Shown here: positions 27,638 to 37,665 of the stretch, piece after piece
Layout of the letters: the number at the start of each line of letters is the position of its first letter
Numbering within the stretch: the first letter of the stretch is position 1
Assembly: GCA_026391735.1 (NCBI GenBank)
Contig: JAPLDL010000022.1
Coordinates: 262,825-326,824 of the forward strand
Reading direction: 5' to 3'
Length of the DNA: 64,000 nucleotides
Origin: Bacteroidota bacterium
GTDB taxonomy: Bacteria; Bacteroidota; Bacteroidia; Bacteroidales; FEN-979
The notes under the pieces: model-generated
Databases searched by the model: none
Seen by the model: only the letters and a program-made list of their open reading frames with translations
Told to the model about the DNA's origin: nothing
Translations under genes and position numbers: made by a program

Positions 27638-30600
27638 TCAGATTTTGCGGGATTTTTTTATCTGCCCGAAATATTCAATCGTCTTTCGAAGGGTATTGTG
27701 CTGAAGTGCCAGGTAAAGCAGTAATGACATCAGCCATAATGCCCCGATATTGAACCAGAACGTATCGATAGCAATTGAACCGATGTACTTCTCAGGGGCA
27801 TAAAAATGGGCCCTGCCTGTCCTGGATTCAGGATCCATAAACACCGGATCCTTCTTTCGGATCAGTTTGTCCTTCCCCTGCAGAATTTTATCAGTAGAAG
27901 CCGAATTCAAGACCAGGTCGGCAAGATTCTCATTATAGTATTCCTGTTTGAGGGAATACACTGCCTCCTGTCCGTATGCATTCACAAGTTTTTGATATAT
28001 GGCGTCATGGCAGTTACTGGCCTTGCTGAGCCTTGCCGAGAAAATAACACTCATCGAATCCAGGTAAGATCTGAATTTCATGTTTACTTCATCGGTAAAT
28101 TCTGATGCTGAAAGGTGTTCGACAAGCTTACATTTTCCAAACCCTGCCTCATTTGCCAATCCTGTGATCTCATTTTTTAAAATATGAAAGTTTTGCAAGG
28201 TCTTTTTCTGATCTTTTTGCCGTACAATATTCATCCGTGTTTCATCAAGAATTTCCTGTAGGGCCGGTATGCGCAGAGCGGTTATATATGAATACTTTGA
28301 AATTTCCTTATCGGACTGATAGAATTGTTTTTCGTATTGATTATCCCTGAACTGGACCACAGCCATGGCTTCAAAGCTCCATCGGGAGGCCATTATGTCT
28401 CCAACAAAGGGAACATTGACCCTGGAGCTTATGGAGGGGTTGAGATTGTCGAACGGCACGATGGTACCACTAAGAAGAAGCTGGGGAACCAGGATGAACG
28501 GGATGACAATATAAATGGCTACGATGGAATCCAGTCCTGAAGAGATGTTAAGCCCGGCCATATTTGCAAAGCAGCAGGTGCTGAAAAGGATAAGCCAGTA
28601 AGCGAGGGTCATACCTTTAATGCCGAGGATCCAGTCGCCGATCAGCACATATAACAACGTTTGTATTGCCGAAAGAACGAACAGGAGAATGATCTTGGAA
28701 TTTAGATAGCTGCTGCGGCTCAGGTGGAGGAAAGCTTCACGTTTAAGGATTCTGCGGTCCCTGAAGATCTCTTCGGCACTTACCATCATGCCCAGGAAAA
28801 GGGCAACCACCACACTCATGAACATATAGGCAACAAGGTTCTTGTTCCCTCCGAAGAAGTATCTGTCACTGCTGTAATACCTTGTAAGGAATGCCAGGAG
28901 GGCTGCAAGGAAAGGAGCTTCGAACAGGTTGATGACAAGGTACTGCCGGTTCGTGATCTTGGTCAGCAGGTTCCTGATGCTGAAAATGCCGAACTGCTTC
29001 CAGCGGCCGGGGACTTTGAAAAAATTAAGGGGCAGCTGGCTCTTTTCATCGGAAAGCTTCAGCCTGGGTTGTATTGCAGTCCTGAAATGGGAATACCATT
29101 CCAGCGGTGACACCTTGCGGTTGACGGTTAGTTTCCCGTATTCACTCACTGTTTTTGACTCGGTGATCTGCAGGATAAGTTCGGGGTTTACATACCCGCA
29201 GTTCTGGCATTCGCTTTCGCCCGGGTTGACATAATTGCTCAGGGTTTTAAAGTAGGCGAGAGCATCGATGGGGTTACCGTAGTAAATGGGGTAGCCCCCT
29301 TTATCCATGACCAGAAGGATGTCGAAGAGTTTATAAATATCTGATGAGGGCTGATGTATATTCACCACGACGAGCCGGCCTTTCAGGGTTTGTTCCTTTA
29401 AAAGCAGCATCACAAGCTCTGAATCGGTGGATGAGAGTCCTGAAGTGGGTTCGTCAACAAAAAGCACAGAGGGTTCACGGATCAGTTCCAGGGCAATATT
29501 CAGTCTTTTACGTTGCCCCCCGCTGATGAACTTGTTCAGCGGGTCACCCACTCTGAGGTCCTTGATCCCGATAAGGCCTATATCCTGGAGCACTCTTAAA
29601 ACGGCCTTAATCAGCTGTTTCCTGCTGAAATCCCTGAAACAAAGTTTTGCATTGAAATACAGGTTCTGGAAAACCGTCAGTTCTTCGACCAGGAGATCAT
29701 CCTGGGGAACAAACCCTATAACTCCTTCCAGTTTCTCATTGTCGGCCCCGAGTTTGTAGCCGTTGATAAGGATTTCACCGCTGTTAAGCCCAAGGCTGCC
29801 GTTGAACACATTCAGAAGCGTGGATTTCCCGACGCCGCTTCCGCCCATGATACCGATCAGCTCCCCCGAGCGGGCCGTGAAACTGAACGGATGAATGCCA
29901 TTTGTGCTGTTCCTGAAGCGGTATTCGATCTCTTTTGCAGTGAATTCAATGTGTATGGCTTCATCTCCGTGCAGAAATTTCGAAGCGATATCGGAATAAT
30001 AAACCGGGGTGATTCTGAGGTTGTTGAGAATAGCTCCGTTAGCCAGGAAAAATGAGCGGAAAGGTTGCAGGTTATGGCCGTTGAGGTAGATTGTGTCCTT
30101 GCCCAGGTATCGTGCAAATAAACGGCGTATACTGGGGAAGAACAACACCATGATACATCCGTCGAGATGCTCCCTGAAAATATGTTTTGAATTACTGCTT
30201 TCCTTCTTCCCGTCGATCAGAAGCAGGTCCTGGGACTGTAAATTCCCACCAAAAGGGTCAAGGACAAAGTTCAGGGCGTTGGCGTACTCATTGTCAGGAA
30301 TGCTGAACGCAGATTTCAGCAGGACAGTATAAGTCATCATCAGGCTGTTCCTGTCAAGGCCCTTCCCAGTCTCGTTCCTTGAGATCTCCTCAATAAACTC
30401 GGTAAACTTTATAAAAACGATAAGCCTGTCGAGATAGGGAAGATCCTTCGAGATCTTTTGACAGATCCCTGAAATTTTATGGGAAATATCAGGAAGAGGA
30501 GCATCCGGGGCTTCATCAAGAGGCTGATGAAAAGAAAGTAAAGCGTCAAAAAGCTTTAAATATTCTTCAAGCTCTACAGTGTTCAGCTGATCACGCAGAT

Positions 30601-30703
30601 AGGATTCCAGAATCAGCCTGGAATCCTCAGAAGCCTGCTTCCTGGCTGTTGCTGCAACAGTAGCAAACAGCTGGACCAGGGCCATCAGAATTGGTTCGGT
30701 CAT
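27638..30703 (-). CDS. ABCG-like ABC transporter, fused ATPase-permease with a roughly 270-aa N-terminal extension
   Basis: Walker A GGSGVGKST, signature SGGQRKR, Walker B LFVDEPTSGL, and a C-terminal ABC-2-type multi-TM domain. Confidence 0.85.
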   Translation of the reverse strand: MTEPILMALVQLFATVAATARKQASEDSRLILESYLRDQLNTVELEEYLKLFDALLSFHQPLDEAPDAPLPDISHKISGICQKISKDLPYLDRLIVFIKFTEFIEEISRNETGKGLDRNSLMMTYTVLLKSAFSIPDNEYANALNFVLDPFGGNLQSQDLLLIDGKKESSNSKHIFREHLDGCIMVLFFPSIRRLFARYLGKDTIYLNGHNLQPFRSFFLANGAILNNLRITPVYYSDIASKFLHGDEAIHIEFTAKEIEYRFRNSTNGIHPFSFTARSGELIGIMGGSGVGKSTLLNVFNGSLGLNSGEILINGYKLGADNEKLEGVIGFVPQDDLLVEELTVFQNLYFNAKLCFRDFSRKQLIKAVLRVLQDIGLIGIKDLRVGDPLNKFISGGQRKRLNIALELIREPSVLFVDEPTSGLSSTDSELVMLLLKEQTLKGRLVVVNIHQPSSDIYKLFDILLVMDKGGYPIYYGNPIDALAYFKTLSNYVNPGESECQNCGYVNPELILQITESKTVSEYGKLTVNRKVSPLEWYSHFRTAIQPRLKLSDEKSQLPLNFFKVPGRWKQFGIFSIRNLLTKITNRQYLVINLFEAPFLAALLAFLTRYYSSDRYFFGGNKNLVAYMFMSVVVALFLGMMVSAEEIFRDRRILKREAFLHLSRSSYLNSKIILLFVLSAIQTLLYVLIGDWILGIKGMTLAYWLILFSTCCFANMAGLNISSGLDSIVAIYIVIPFILVPQLLLSGTIVPFDNLNPSISSRVNVPFVGDIMASRWSFEAMAVVQFRDNQYEKQFYQSDKEISKYSYITALRIPALQEILDETRMNIVRQKDQKKTLQNFHILKNEITGLANEAGFGKCKLVEHLSASEFTDEVNMKFRSYLDSMSVIFSARLSKASNCHDAIYQKLVNAYGQEAVYSLKQEYYNENLADLVLNSASTDKILQGKDKLIRKKDPVFMDPESRTGRAHFYAPEKYIGSIAIDTFWFNIGALWLMSLLLYLALQHNTLRKTIEYFGQIKKSRKI

Positions 30704-31548
30704 TTGATGAAGGAGTCTCTGACGCTTTCTGTCAGATCACCGATCTCAGCTGCTTTTTGCTGGGGCAGTTTTTTGTCTGCTTCCAATCCGTAATTGGTGT
30801 AAATGGCTTTTAATTTGATTACCTCGTCACCAATTGGTTTAAGTTCGGAATCCATATTATAGGCTGTGAGGAGGGTGACCAGCTTATCAAGATTATCTTT
30901 CTGCCTGAAAATAACAGTTGAAATAGGCTTGTTATCAGCAGCAACCTGGTTCAGCGATGCGGCAAGATAAAGGGCCTCGACAAAAGTGCCGGTAGCCACC
31001 AGAACAGCGATCTGATTGCGGTTGTTCTTACTGAGGAAGTCATTGGTCTTATTAAAGAGCTTGGTAACCAAATTTACCAGGGAGTCTTTATTGTTGTTGA
31101 ATTTTTTAACCCTGTCGACCAGGCTTGGATCATACACTCCGGCTATGCCGAGATCGTTTGCAAGTTTGCCGGTGCAGGCAATGAATTTATTGGTTTCGTC
31201 AACAAAGTTGTAAGTTGCCGAATAAGCAAGATCGGCACTGTAAACACCAAGGTTCAGGGCCTTTGCCTTTTCGGTGGAATACTTTGTAAGGTTAGCCGGA
31301 GGATTGGTGATTTTAAAGATAAATCCTGCTTTTGCCCTCTGAAGCATCAAGGTAACTTCAAACGGAGTAGGAAACTGGTAAAGCAGATTCTTGTTTTCGG
31401 GTGAGAGTGTTACATCTTTTTTAATTGTGTCAGCAGCTGCCTGATTGGCTTGTTTATCCTGGTTAGCCGGATTGTTGCAGGAAGTCATTGCTAAAGTTGC
31501 GGTGAGAGCCACAAGTAAGCTTGCTAAAATTGTTCTGAATGCTTTCAT
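30700..31548 (-). CDS. Lipoprotein of unknown function, co-transcribed with the ABC transporter
   Basis: Lipoprotein signal LAMTSCNNP. 4-nt overlap with the downstream ABC gene. Confidence 0.6.
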   Translation of the reverse strand: MKAFRTILASLLVALTATLAMTSCNNPANQDKQANQAAADTIKKDVTLSPENKNLLYQFPTPFEVTLMLQRAKAGFIFKITNPPANLTKYSTEKAKALNLGVYSADLAYSATYNFVDETNKFIACTGKLANDLGIAGVYDPSLVDRVKKFNNNKDSLVNLVTKLFNKTNDFLSKNNRNQIAVLVATGTFVEALYLAASLNQVAADNKPISTVIFRQKDNLDKLVTLLTAYNMDSELKPIGDEVIKLKAIYTNYGLEADKKLPQQKAAEIGDLTESVRDSFIK

Positions 31549-31624
31549 ATCTTTAAGGTTTCTGAATGGAATAGCGAATTTACACGATTTTTTTTAATGA
31601 CACAGTCTTGATAAAAAAAAACAT

Positions 31625-32578
31625 TTATACGTTGTGGTCAATGATGATTTTATGGTTTAGTGGATTTTTAGCAGCTTCAAATGCATTAATTATGTCCATG
31701 AACATGAATTTCCCGGAGATCATAGTTGAAGGATCGACAAGTCTTCGTTCAAGCAGGTTAAGCGCCGGGCTGAACAATCCGCATCTTGAACCGATTACAG
31801 TGAATTCGTTGATGACAATACTGTTAAGGTCGGGTTTCGCAGGATCGGCTACCGTTGTTTTCAGAACCAGGGTCCCTTTAGGCCAGAGATGTGACATGGC
31901 CAGGCTGATACCTGCAGGGCTCCCTGTACAATCGATACAAACCTCAGCTTTCTCATGCTGACTGAGCTCCCTGATAGTTCTTGAATTGATCCCGAGCTTG
32001 AATGCAAATGCGGTCTTTTCAGTTACCGCATCAAAGGTTGTATAGTCAAAGCCATGAAGCCTTGCTACCATGGAGACCAGCAAACCAAGTTTGCCTGCCC
32101 CGAAAATGAATACCGATCCCGATGGTTTCATATGCAGCTGCTCGAAGATCTCAACCGCTGCTGCAAGAGGTTCGGTGAATACGGCAAGAGGCAGGGGGAT
32201 TGCATCAGGAACAATATGCAGGTTTTCGGCCGGCAGGGAAATGAAGTCGGCAAAAGCTCCCTGGCGACCCGCAATGCCGATCACGCTCCGATGCTCACAA
32301 TGAGTTCGCCGTCCACTAAGACATAGGTAACATTGTTGGCATGAACAATTTATCTCGCCTACGACCGTCTTACCATACAAAGGGTGAGACTCTGTGATAA
32401 CCCGGCCAACGAACTCATGCCCCAGTACACCTTTAAACCCCATATACCCTTTAATGATCTCGAGGTCAGTATTGCAGATAGCCGAATAAAGAAGTTTAAT
32501 CAAAACCTCGCCTCTTGATGGCTCGGGGACCGGGATATCCTGTAAGGAAAGCCTGTTGTCGAAAAACAATGCCTGCAT
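31625..32578 (-). CDS. Zinc-dependent alcohol/threonine dehydrogenase family (MDR) protein
   Basis: GHEFVGRV, a structural-Zn cysteine cluster CSCQQCYLCLSGRRTHC, and GAGKLG Rossmann motifs. Confidence 0.8.
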   Translation of the reverse strand: MQALFFDNRLSLQDIPVPEPSRGEVLIKLLYSAICNTDLEIIKGYMGFKGVLGHEFVGRVITESHPLYGKTVVGEINCSCQQCYLCLSGRRTHCEHRSVIGIAGRQGAFADFISLPAENLHIVPDAIPLPLAVFTEPLAAAVEIFEQLHMKPSGSVFIFGAGKLGLLVSMVARLHGFDYTTFDAVTEKTAFAFKLGINSRTIRELSQHEKAEVCIDCTGSPAGISLAMSHLWPKGTLVLKTTVADPAKPDLNSIVINEFTVIGSRCGLFSPALNLLERRLVDPSTMISGKFMFMDIINAFEAAKNPLNHKIIIDHNV

Positions 32579-32649
32579 GATGTTTTATTGATTTTGATAA
32601 CGAAAATAAATTAATTTTACATGTAATTAAAGCAAATTTTTAAGGTTCT

Positions 32650-33717
32650 ATGCGAACACCCCCTCTCAGGTTAAGTCTGAGGCCTCTTCCGTTACTTATT
32701 CTTGCATTATTCATTCTTGGTTCCTGCAAGCAAAAAGAGCGGGAGAAGATCAGTGGCCCGGATGTTGTTGCCGGGCAAAGGATTCATGAAGGCCGACTGA
32801 AAAAGGTCACGCTGTATCCTTACTGGGTCACAACCTGCCAGTTTGCAGGCTATTATGTAGGAGTAGAAAAAGGAATCTTCAGAAAACACGGGATAGACCT
32901 GAATATTCTTGAATACAAACCCTTTATTACAACTGATGATATTATCAAACAAGGCCAGGCCGATTTTGCTATTTTATGGCTTGTGAATGCAATTGAGCTT
33001 AGGAGCAAGGGAATAAATATTGTTAACATTGCCCAGTTATCAAAAAAATCTTCGCTGATGCTGGTTGCGAAAAAATCAAGCGGGATCAGGAAAATTGAAG
33101 ACCTTAACGGGAAGCGGGCAGGGATCTGGGATGGATACGAACTTCAGCCAAGAGCATTATTCGCCAAACATCATCTGAATACACAAATCATTCGCATCGG
33201 AAGCACCAATAACCTGTTCTTGCTTGATGGGGTTGATGTTACAAACGCGAACTGGTTCGACGAGTATCATGCAATCATCAACAGCGGGTATGATACAAGT
33301 GAACTCGTCACTTTCTTTTTTGAAAAGTACGGACTTAATTTTCTTGAAGACGGGATCTATTGCCTTGAGGATAAAATAAAAACCGATCCCGCGCTCTGCG
33401 TGGAATTCGTTAAAGCCAGCATTGAATCATGGGTATATGCCCTGAACAATCCTGATACCAGCGTTTCAGTGATCATAAGAACTCTGACCCGGCAGAAAAA
33501 AACGGCTAACAATTCTCATCAGAAATGGATGATAGAGAGGTACAGGGACCTTTATCTGCAAAAGGATAAAGCAAGCCTTAATATTAATCTTGCAGAGTCT
33601 GATTACATATCGAATGCAAAAGTATTACTGGAGAATAAACAGATCAGTTCCATTCCGCCTTTTAAGCAGTTTTTCAGACCGTATACGAATTTGCTTCATC
33701 CTGTAAGTGAAAAATAG
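32650..33717 (+). CDS. Periplasmic substrate-binding-like protein (NMT1/THI5 or NitT/TauT type)
   Basis: Lipoprotein-type signal (LGSCKQ) and a layout typical of ABC substrate-binding proteins (GYYVGVEKGIF...GIDL). 11-nt overlap with the kinase gene. Confidence 0.6.
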   Translation: MRTPPLRLSLRPLPLLILALFILGSCKQKEREKISGPDVVAGQRIHEGRLKKVTLYPYWVTTCQFAGYYVGVEKGIFRKHGIDLNILEYKPFITTDDIIKQGQADFAILWLVNAIELRSKGINIVNIAQLSKKSSLMLVAKKSSGIRKIEDLNGKRAGIWDGYELQPRALFAKHHLNTQIIRIGSTNNLFLLDGVDVTNANWFDEYHAIINSGYDTSELVTFFFEKYGLNFLEDGIYCLEDKIKTDPALCVEFVKASIESWVYALNNPDTSVSVIIRTLTRQKKTANNSHQKWMIERYRDLYLQKDKASLNINLAESDYISNAKVLLENKQISSIPPFKQFFRPYTNLLHPVSEK

Positions 33718-35857
33718 TTCAGCCATGACCCAATCACAACGGAATAATTTCAGGCGAAGCCTTGCATTTAAAATAATCCTCCTGATATTCCTGTCCATCG
33801 CTGCTATTATGGTACTGATTTTTGTGTACGACTATGTTACAACAAGGGCCATTGTTGTGAAAAACCTTAGACTCCAGGCTGATTACATAACAAAAAATAC
33901 AATTTTAAAGATCAATAAAGTACTTTCCAATATTCAGATAATCCCTCAGAATTATGCTCCCCTGATCCTTTCGGAGCTCGGAAATGAGGAGAAGATGAAA
34001 TACCTCCTCAGTCAGATGGTTAAAAGCAATGATGATATTTACGGGGCTGCACTTGCATTCGATTCCAATTATAAAGGCCGGAACGTAAAATATTATTCCT
34101 TCTATTATTACCGCGACAGGCACCGTTTAAAGTTCATGAACCTCGGAAGCGATACTTATAATTATTATACCATGGACTGGTTCCAGATCCCGAAAGAGCT
34201 TGGGAAGGCTCAGTGGAGCGAACCCTACTTTGACCAGGGAGGAGGTGATACCCTGATGTCAACCTATTCCATCCCGCTATATGTCACAGAAAAGGACCGT
34301 AGGAAGTTCATAGGGGTTATAACAGTGGATGTTTCACTGTTACACCTTCAGCAGATCGTTGATTCAATTAAGGTGTATAAGTCGGGATATGGCTATATGA
34401 TCTCCCGTATCGGCACTCTCGTCACCCATCCGCATAAAGAGGAAATTATGAATGAATCCATTTTCAGCCTTGCCGATAACAAAAAATTATCCAAACTCCG
34501 CGAGATCGGTAAAAAAATGATTGCCGGAAAGAGCGGGTTCGAAGAGAATATCTCTTACTATAACCTGCTAAACGGTAAAAAAAGCTGGATTGCATACGCT
34601 CCCGTTCCTGCCAATGGCTGGTCGGTGGTTGTTGTTTTTCCGGTAGATGAATTTATGGCCGATGCCAACAAACTGGTCCGAAATCTTGTTGAAATGGCCG
34701 TTGTCGGTCTTATTTTTATTTTCCTGGTCATATTCTTTATCTCCCGCTCGATCACCGGTTCCCTAAGGCGTCTGACCTCTGCCGCCGAGAAATTTGCCGA
34801 GGGAGACTTTAATGTTGCTCTGCCTCCTAACAGGTCTGAAGATGAGATAGGGCGGCTGAACAATGCGTTCATTTATATGCAGGAAACCCTGGCAAAGACT
34901 ATTCACGACCTGAAAAATACTTCCGATGAACTCCGAAAATCCCATGAACAACTTGAGGAATACAACAGAACCCTGGAGCAGAAAGTTGATGAACGTACAA
35001 CCGAACTGAAAGCCAAGCACCAGGAACTCGATTCAGCATTCAACCGATTAAAAGCAGCTCAGGCACAGCTGGTGCAATCCGAAAAAATGGCCTCCCTGGG
35101 CCAACTTACTGCCGGCATTGCCCATGAGATCAAGAACCCTCTGAATTTCATCAATAATTTTTCGGAGCTTTCTGTCGAACTGGTCCAGGAGATACTGGCC
35201 GAAACCGATAAGCTGACCTCCAGCCTGGGTGAGAAGGAAGCCGGTTATATCAAAGGGATATTGCAGGATATCGAAGGCAATGTTAAAAAGATCCATGACC
35301 ATGGCAAGCGGGCGGATAGCATTATCAGGGGGATGCTGCTCCATTCCCGCGGCAAGTCGGGCGAACGGATGCCGACTGATATCAACGCTCTTCTGGCCGA
35401 ATATGTAAACCTGGGGTACCACGGCATGAGGGCTACCGATTCATCCTTCAATATAAAAATTGAAGACGATTACGACCAGGAGCTGAAACAGATCAATGTT
35501 ATTCCCCAGGACATCAGCAGGGTGTTCCTGAATATGATCAATAATGCCTTTTATTCGACCCACCAGAAAAAGAAGGAACTTAAAGATGCCTATTTCCCGA
35601 TTTTGAAAGTCTCAACCAAAGACCTTGGTGATACTGTCGAGATCAGGATATGGGATAATGGGAAGGGAATGCCTCAAGCCGTCCTTGAGAAAATTTTCAA
35701 TCCTTTCTATACAACAAAACCTGCCGGGTCCGGTACTGGGCTTGGCTTGTCGATCAGCTTCGACATCATCGTACAGGAGCACCAGGGGCAGATCAAGGTT
35801 GATTCAAAAGAAGGTGAATATGCCGAATTCGTGATTACTATCCCGAAAACGGTTTAA
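33707..35857 (+). CDS. Sensor histidine kinase (Cache-like periplasmic domain - HAMP - HisKA - HATPase)
   Basis: Two TM helices flank a roughly 280-aa extracytoplasmic domain. There is a HAMP region, H-box AGIAHEIKNPLNFI, and N/G boxes (NMINNAFY, DNGKGM, GTGLGL). Confidence 0.85.
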   Translation: MKNSSAMTQSQRNNFRRSLAFKIILLIFLSIAAIMVLIFVYDYVTTRAIVVKNLRLQADYITKNTILKINKVLSNIQIIPQNYAPLILSELGNEEKMKYLLSQMVKSNDDIYGAALAFDSNYKGRNVKYYSFYYYRDRHRLKFMNLGSDTYNYYTMDWFQIPKELGKAQWSEPYFDQGGGDTLMSTYSIPLYVTEKDRRKFIGVITVDVSLLHLQQIVDSIKVYKSGYGYMISRIGTLVTHPHKEEIMNESIFSLADNKKLSKLREIGKKMIAGKSGFEENISYYNLLNGKKSWIAYAPVPANGWSVVVVFPVDEFMADANKLVRNLVEMAVVGLIFIFLVIFFISRSITGSLRRLTSAAEKFAEGDFNVALPPNRSEDEIGRLNNAFIYMQETLAKTIHDLKNTSDELRKSHEQLEEYNRTLEQKVDERTTELKAKHQELDSAFNRLKAAQAQLVQSEKMASLGQLTAGIAHEIKNPLNFINNFSELSVELVQEILAETDKLTSSLGEKEAGYIKGILQDIEGNVKKIHDHGKRADSIIRGMLLHSRGKSGERMPTDINALLAEYVNLGYHGMRATDSSFNIKIEDDYDQELKQINVIPQDISRVFLNMINNAFYSTHQKKKELKDAYFPILKVSTKDLGDTVEIRIWDNGKGMPQAVLEKIFNPFYTTKPAGSGTGLGLSISFDIIVQEHQGQIKVDSKEGEYAEFVITIPKTV

Positions 35858-35890
35858 TATACATGTTATCATTACTAAATTGACTTAATT

Positions 35891-37072
35891 ATGAGTGAGG
35901 AACTGTCAAAAAATGTAAAGATTATGGTGGTCGACGATGAAGTCGACCTGGAGCCCCTGGTGAGACAGAAATTCAGAAGACAGATCAGGGATGGAGTATA
36001 TGATTTCGTTTTCGCGCATAACGGGCTGGAGGCGCTTGCCAAGTTGATCGAATTTCCTGAGATCGGGATCATCCTTTCCGATATCAATATGCCGGAGATG
36101 GACGGGCTCACATTGCTGATGAAGCTGAAAGAGCTGAAGAACCCGGGGCTAAAAACGGTGGTAGTTTCGGCTTATGGTGATATGGACAACATACGAACTG
36201 CCATGAACCGCGGTGCTTTCGATTTTCTAACCAAACCCATCAATTTCGAGGATCTTGAGATAACCATCAATAAAACATTGGAAGAGATCCTGCAGATCAG
36301 GAGGGGGTTGGAAGAACATGACCAGCTGATCTCCATACAGCAGGATTTGCAGACTGCAAGGGAGATCCAGCAGGCCATACTTCCCAAGTTTTTCCCACCT
36401 TTTCCCGACCGTAAGGATTTTGACATTTATGCTGCAATGAATGCAGCGAAGGAAGTTGGAGGTGATTTTTTCGATTTTTTCATGATCGACAACGACAGGA
36501 TAGGTTTCGTGATCGGGGATGTATCTGGCAAGGGGGTTCCGGCGGCTATTTTTATGGCCGTGAGCCGAACTATCATCCGTGCCACAGGCCTCAAGGGCAT
36601 GCCCACCGATGAATGCATGAATTATGTGAATAACCTGCTTTGCAGCGAAAGTGTATCGTCCATGTTCGTTACGGTGTTCTATGGCATACTGAATACTGCT
36701 ACCGGGGAACTGGATTATGTAAACGCAGGACATAATCCGCCATATCTCCTGAATGCTTCGGGATTCAAGATCGTGGAACTGACCAAAGGAACGGTGCTCG
36801 GAGGGATAGAACATTTCAATTACCATTCCTTGAAGCTTCAGATGGCGCCGGGCGACATACTGTATCTTTATACCGACGGGGTTACAGAAGCTTTCAACCG
36901 CCAGGGTGAATTATTCGGTGACGACAGGCTCGAAGCCCTGCTTTCGGCCAACCTGGATGCAGATCACAAGCAGATCATAAAAACTGTTTTAACTTCTGTT
37001 GCTGAATATGCTTCAGGAATACCTCCAAGTGATGATATTACCATGATGGCGATCAGGTATTACGGGAGATGA
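35891..37072 (+). CDS. Response regulator fused to a PP2C/SpoIIE-type phosphatase
   Basis: Receiver (VVDDE...LSDINMPEMDG...KP) followed by GGDFFDF...GDVSGKG...YTDGV...DDIT motifs of RsbU/SpoIIE phosphatases. Confidence 0.85.
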   Translation: MSEELSKNVKIMVVDDEVDLEPLVRQKFRRQIRDGVYDFVFAHNGLEALAKLIEFPEIGIILSDINMPEMDGLTLLMKLKELKNPGLKTVVVSAYGDMDNIRTAMNRGAFDFLTKPINFEDLEITINKTLEEILQIRRGLEEHDQLISIQQDLQTAREIQQAILPKFFPPFPDRKDFDIYAAMNAAKEVGGDFFDFFMIDNDRIGFVIGDVSGKGVPAAIFMAVSRTIIRATGLKGMPTDECMNYVNNLLCSESVSSMFVTVFYGILNTATGELDYVNAGHNPPYLLNASGFKIVELTKGTVLGGIEHFNYHSLKLQMAPGDILYLYTDGVTEAFNRQGELFGDDRLEALLSANLDADHKQIIKTVLTSVAEYASGIPPSDDITMMAIRYYGR

Positions 37073-37095
37073 TCACCACCAGGGAGCAGACATAT

Positions 37096-37120
37096 GGCAT
37101 GTATCATGCCTCTTTCTTGT
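37096..37120 (+). terminator. Putative terminator between convergent genes
   Basis: ggcatg tat catgcc hairpin followed by tctttcttgt. Confidence 0.4.
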
Positions 37121-37129
37121 CCCTTTACT

Positions 37130-37636
37130 TCAGAACCTGTAAATGAAAATTGCTTTAGCATCCCCTTCCTTGTAAAAATCAGGGATCTGGGCTTCCAGTT
37201 TGTAACCAAAATTCACGTAAAACCTGCGGGTAGGAGTATATTTTTCCAGGCCGGAAGTTTCGGCTATCACATATTTCCCGCCAAGTTCTTTAATGATCCG
37301 ATGTGTTTCCTCAAGGATGATTTTGCCGATCCCTTGTCCGCGGTAATCATTATGCGTTATAATCCAGTAAAGATCATACCCGGCTTCAGTCCCCATAATA
37401 TGACCGTAACATGTGTAGGATACAGGCTTTCCGTTGATTTCAGCAAAAAGGAATTTATATCCGCAGTGTTCACCCTCCTTCAGTCCATCTTCGACAAGTT
37501 CAAGGGCAACGGGTATTTCAAAGTCATAGAAAAAGCCGGTAGATTCAGCCATTTCCTTCACCGCTTCCAAATCCCCTGGCTCAACATGGCGGCGGTATGT
37601 AATTTGAGGTTTCTCCATAAGTAAGGTATCAGACAT
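37130..37636 (-). CDS. GNAT-family N-acetyltransferase
   Basis: 168 aa with the acetyl-CoA pocket motif RGQGIGKIILEE. Confidence 0.8.
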   Translation of the reverse strand: MSDTLLMEKPQITYRRHVEPGDLEAVKEMAESTGFFYDFEIPVALELVEDGLKEGEHCGYKFLFAEINGKPVSYTCYGHIMGTEAGYDLYWIITHNDYRGQGIGKIILEETHRIIKELGGKYVIAETSGLEKYTPTRRFYVNFGYKLEAQIPDFYKEGDAKAIFIYRF

Positions 37637-37665
37637 ACTGCAAAGTTAGAAATATTTCAGATTGG

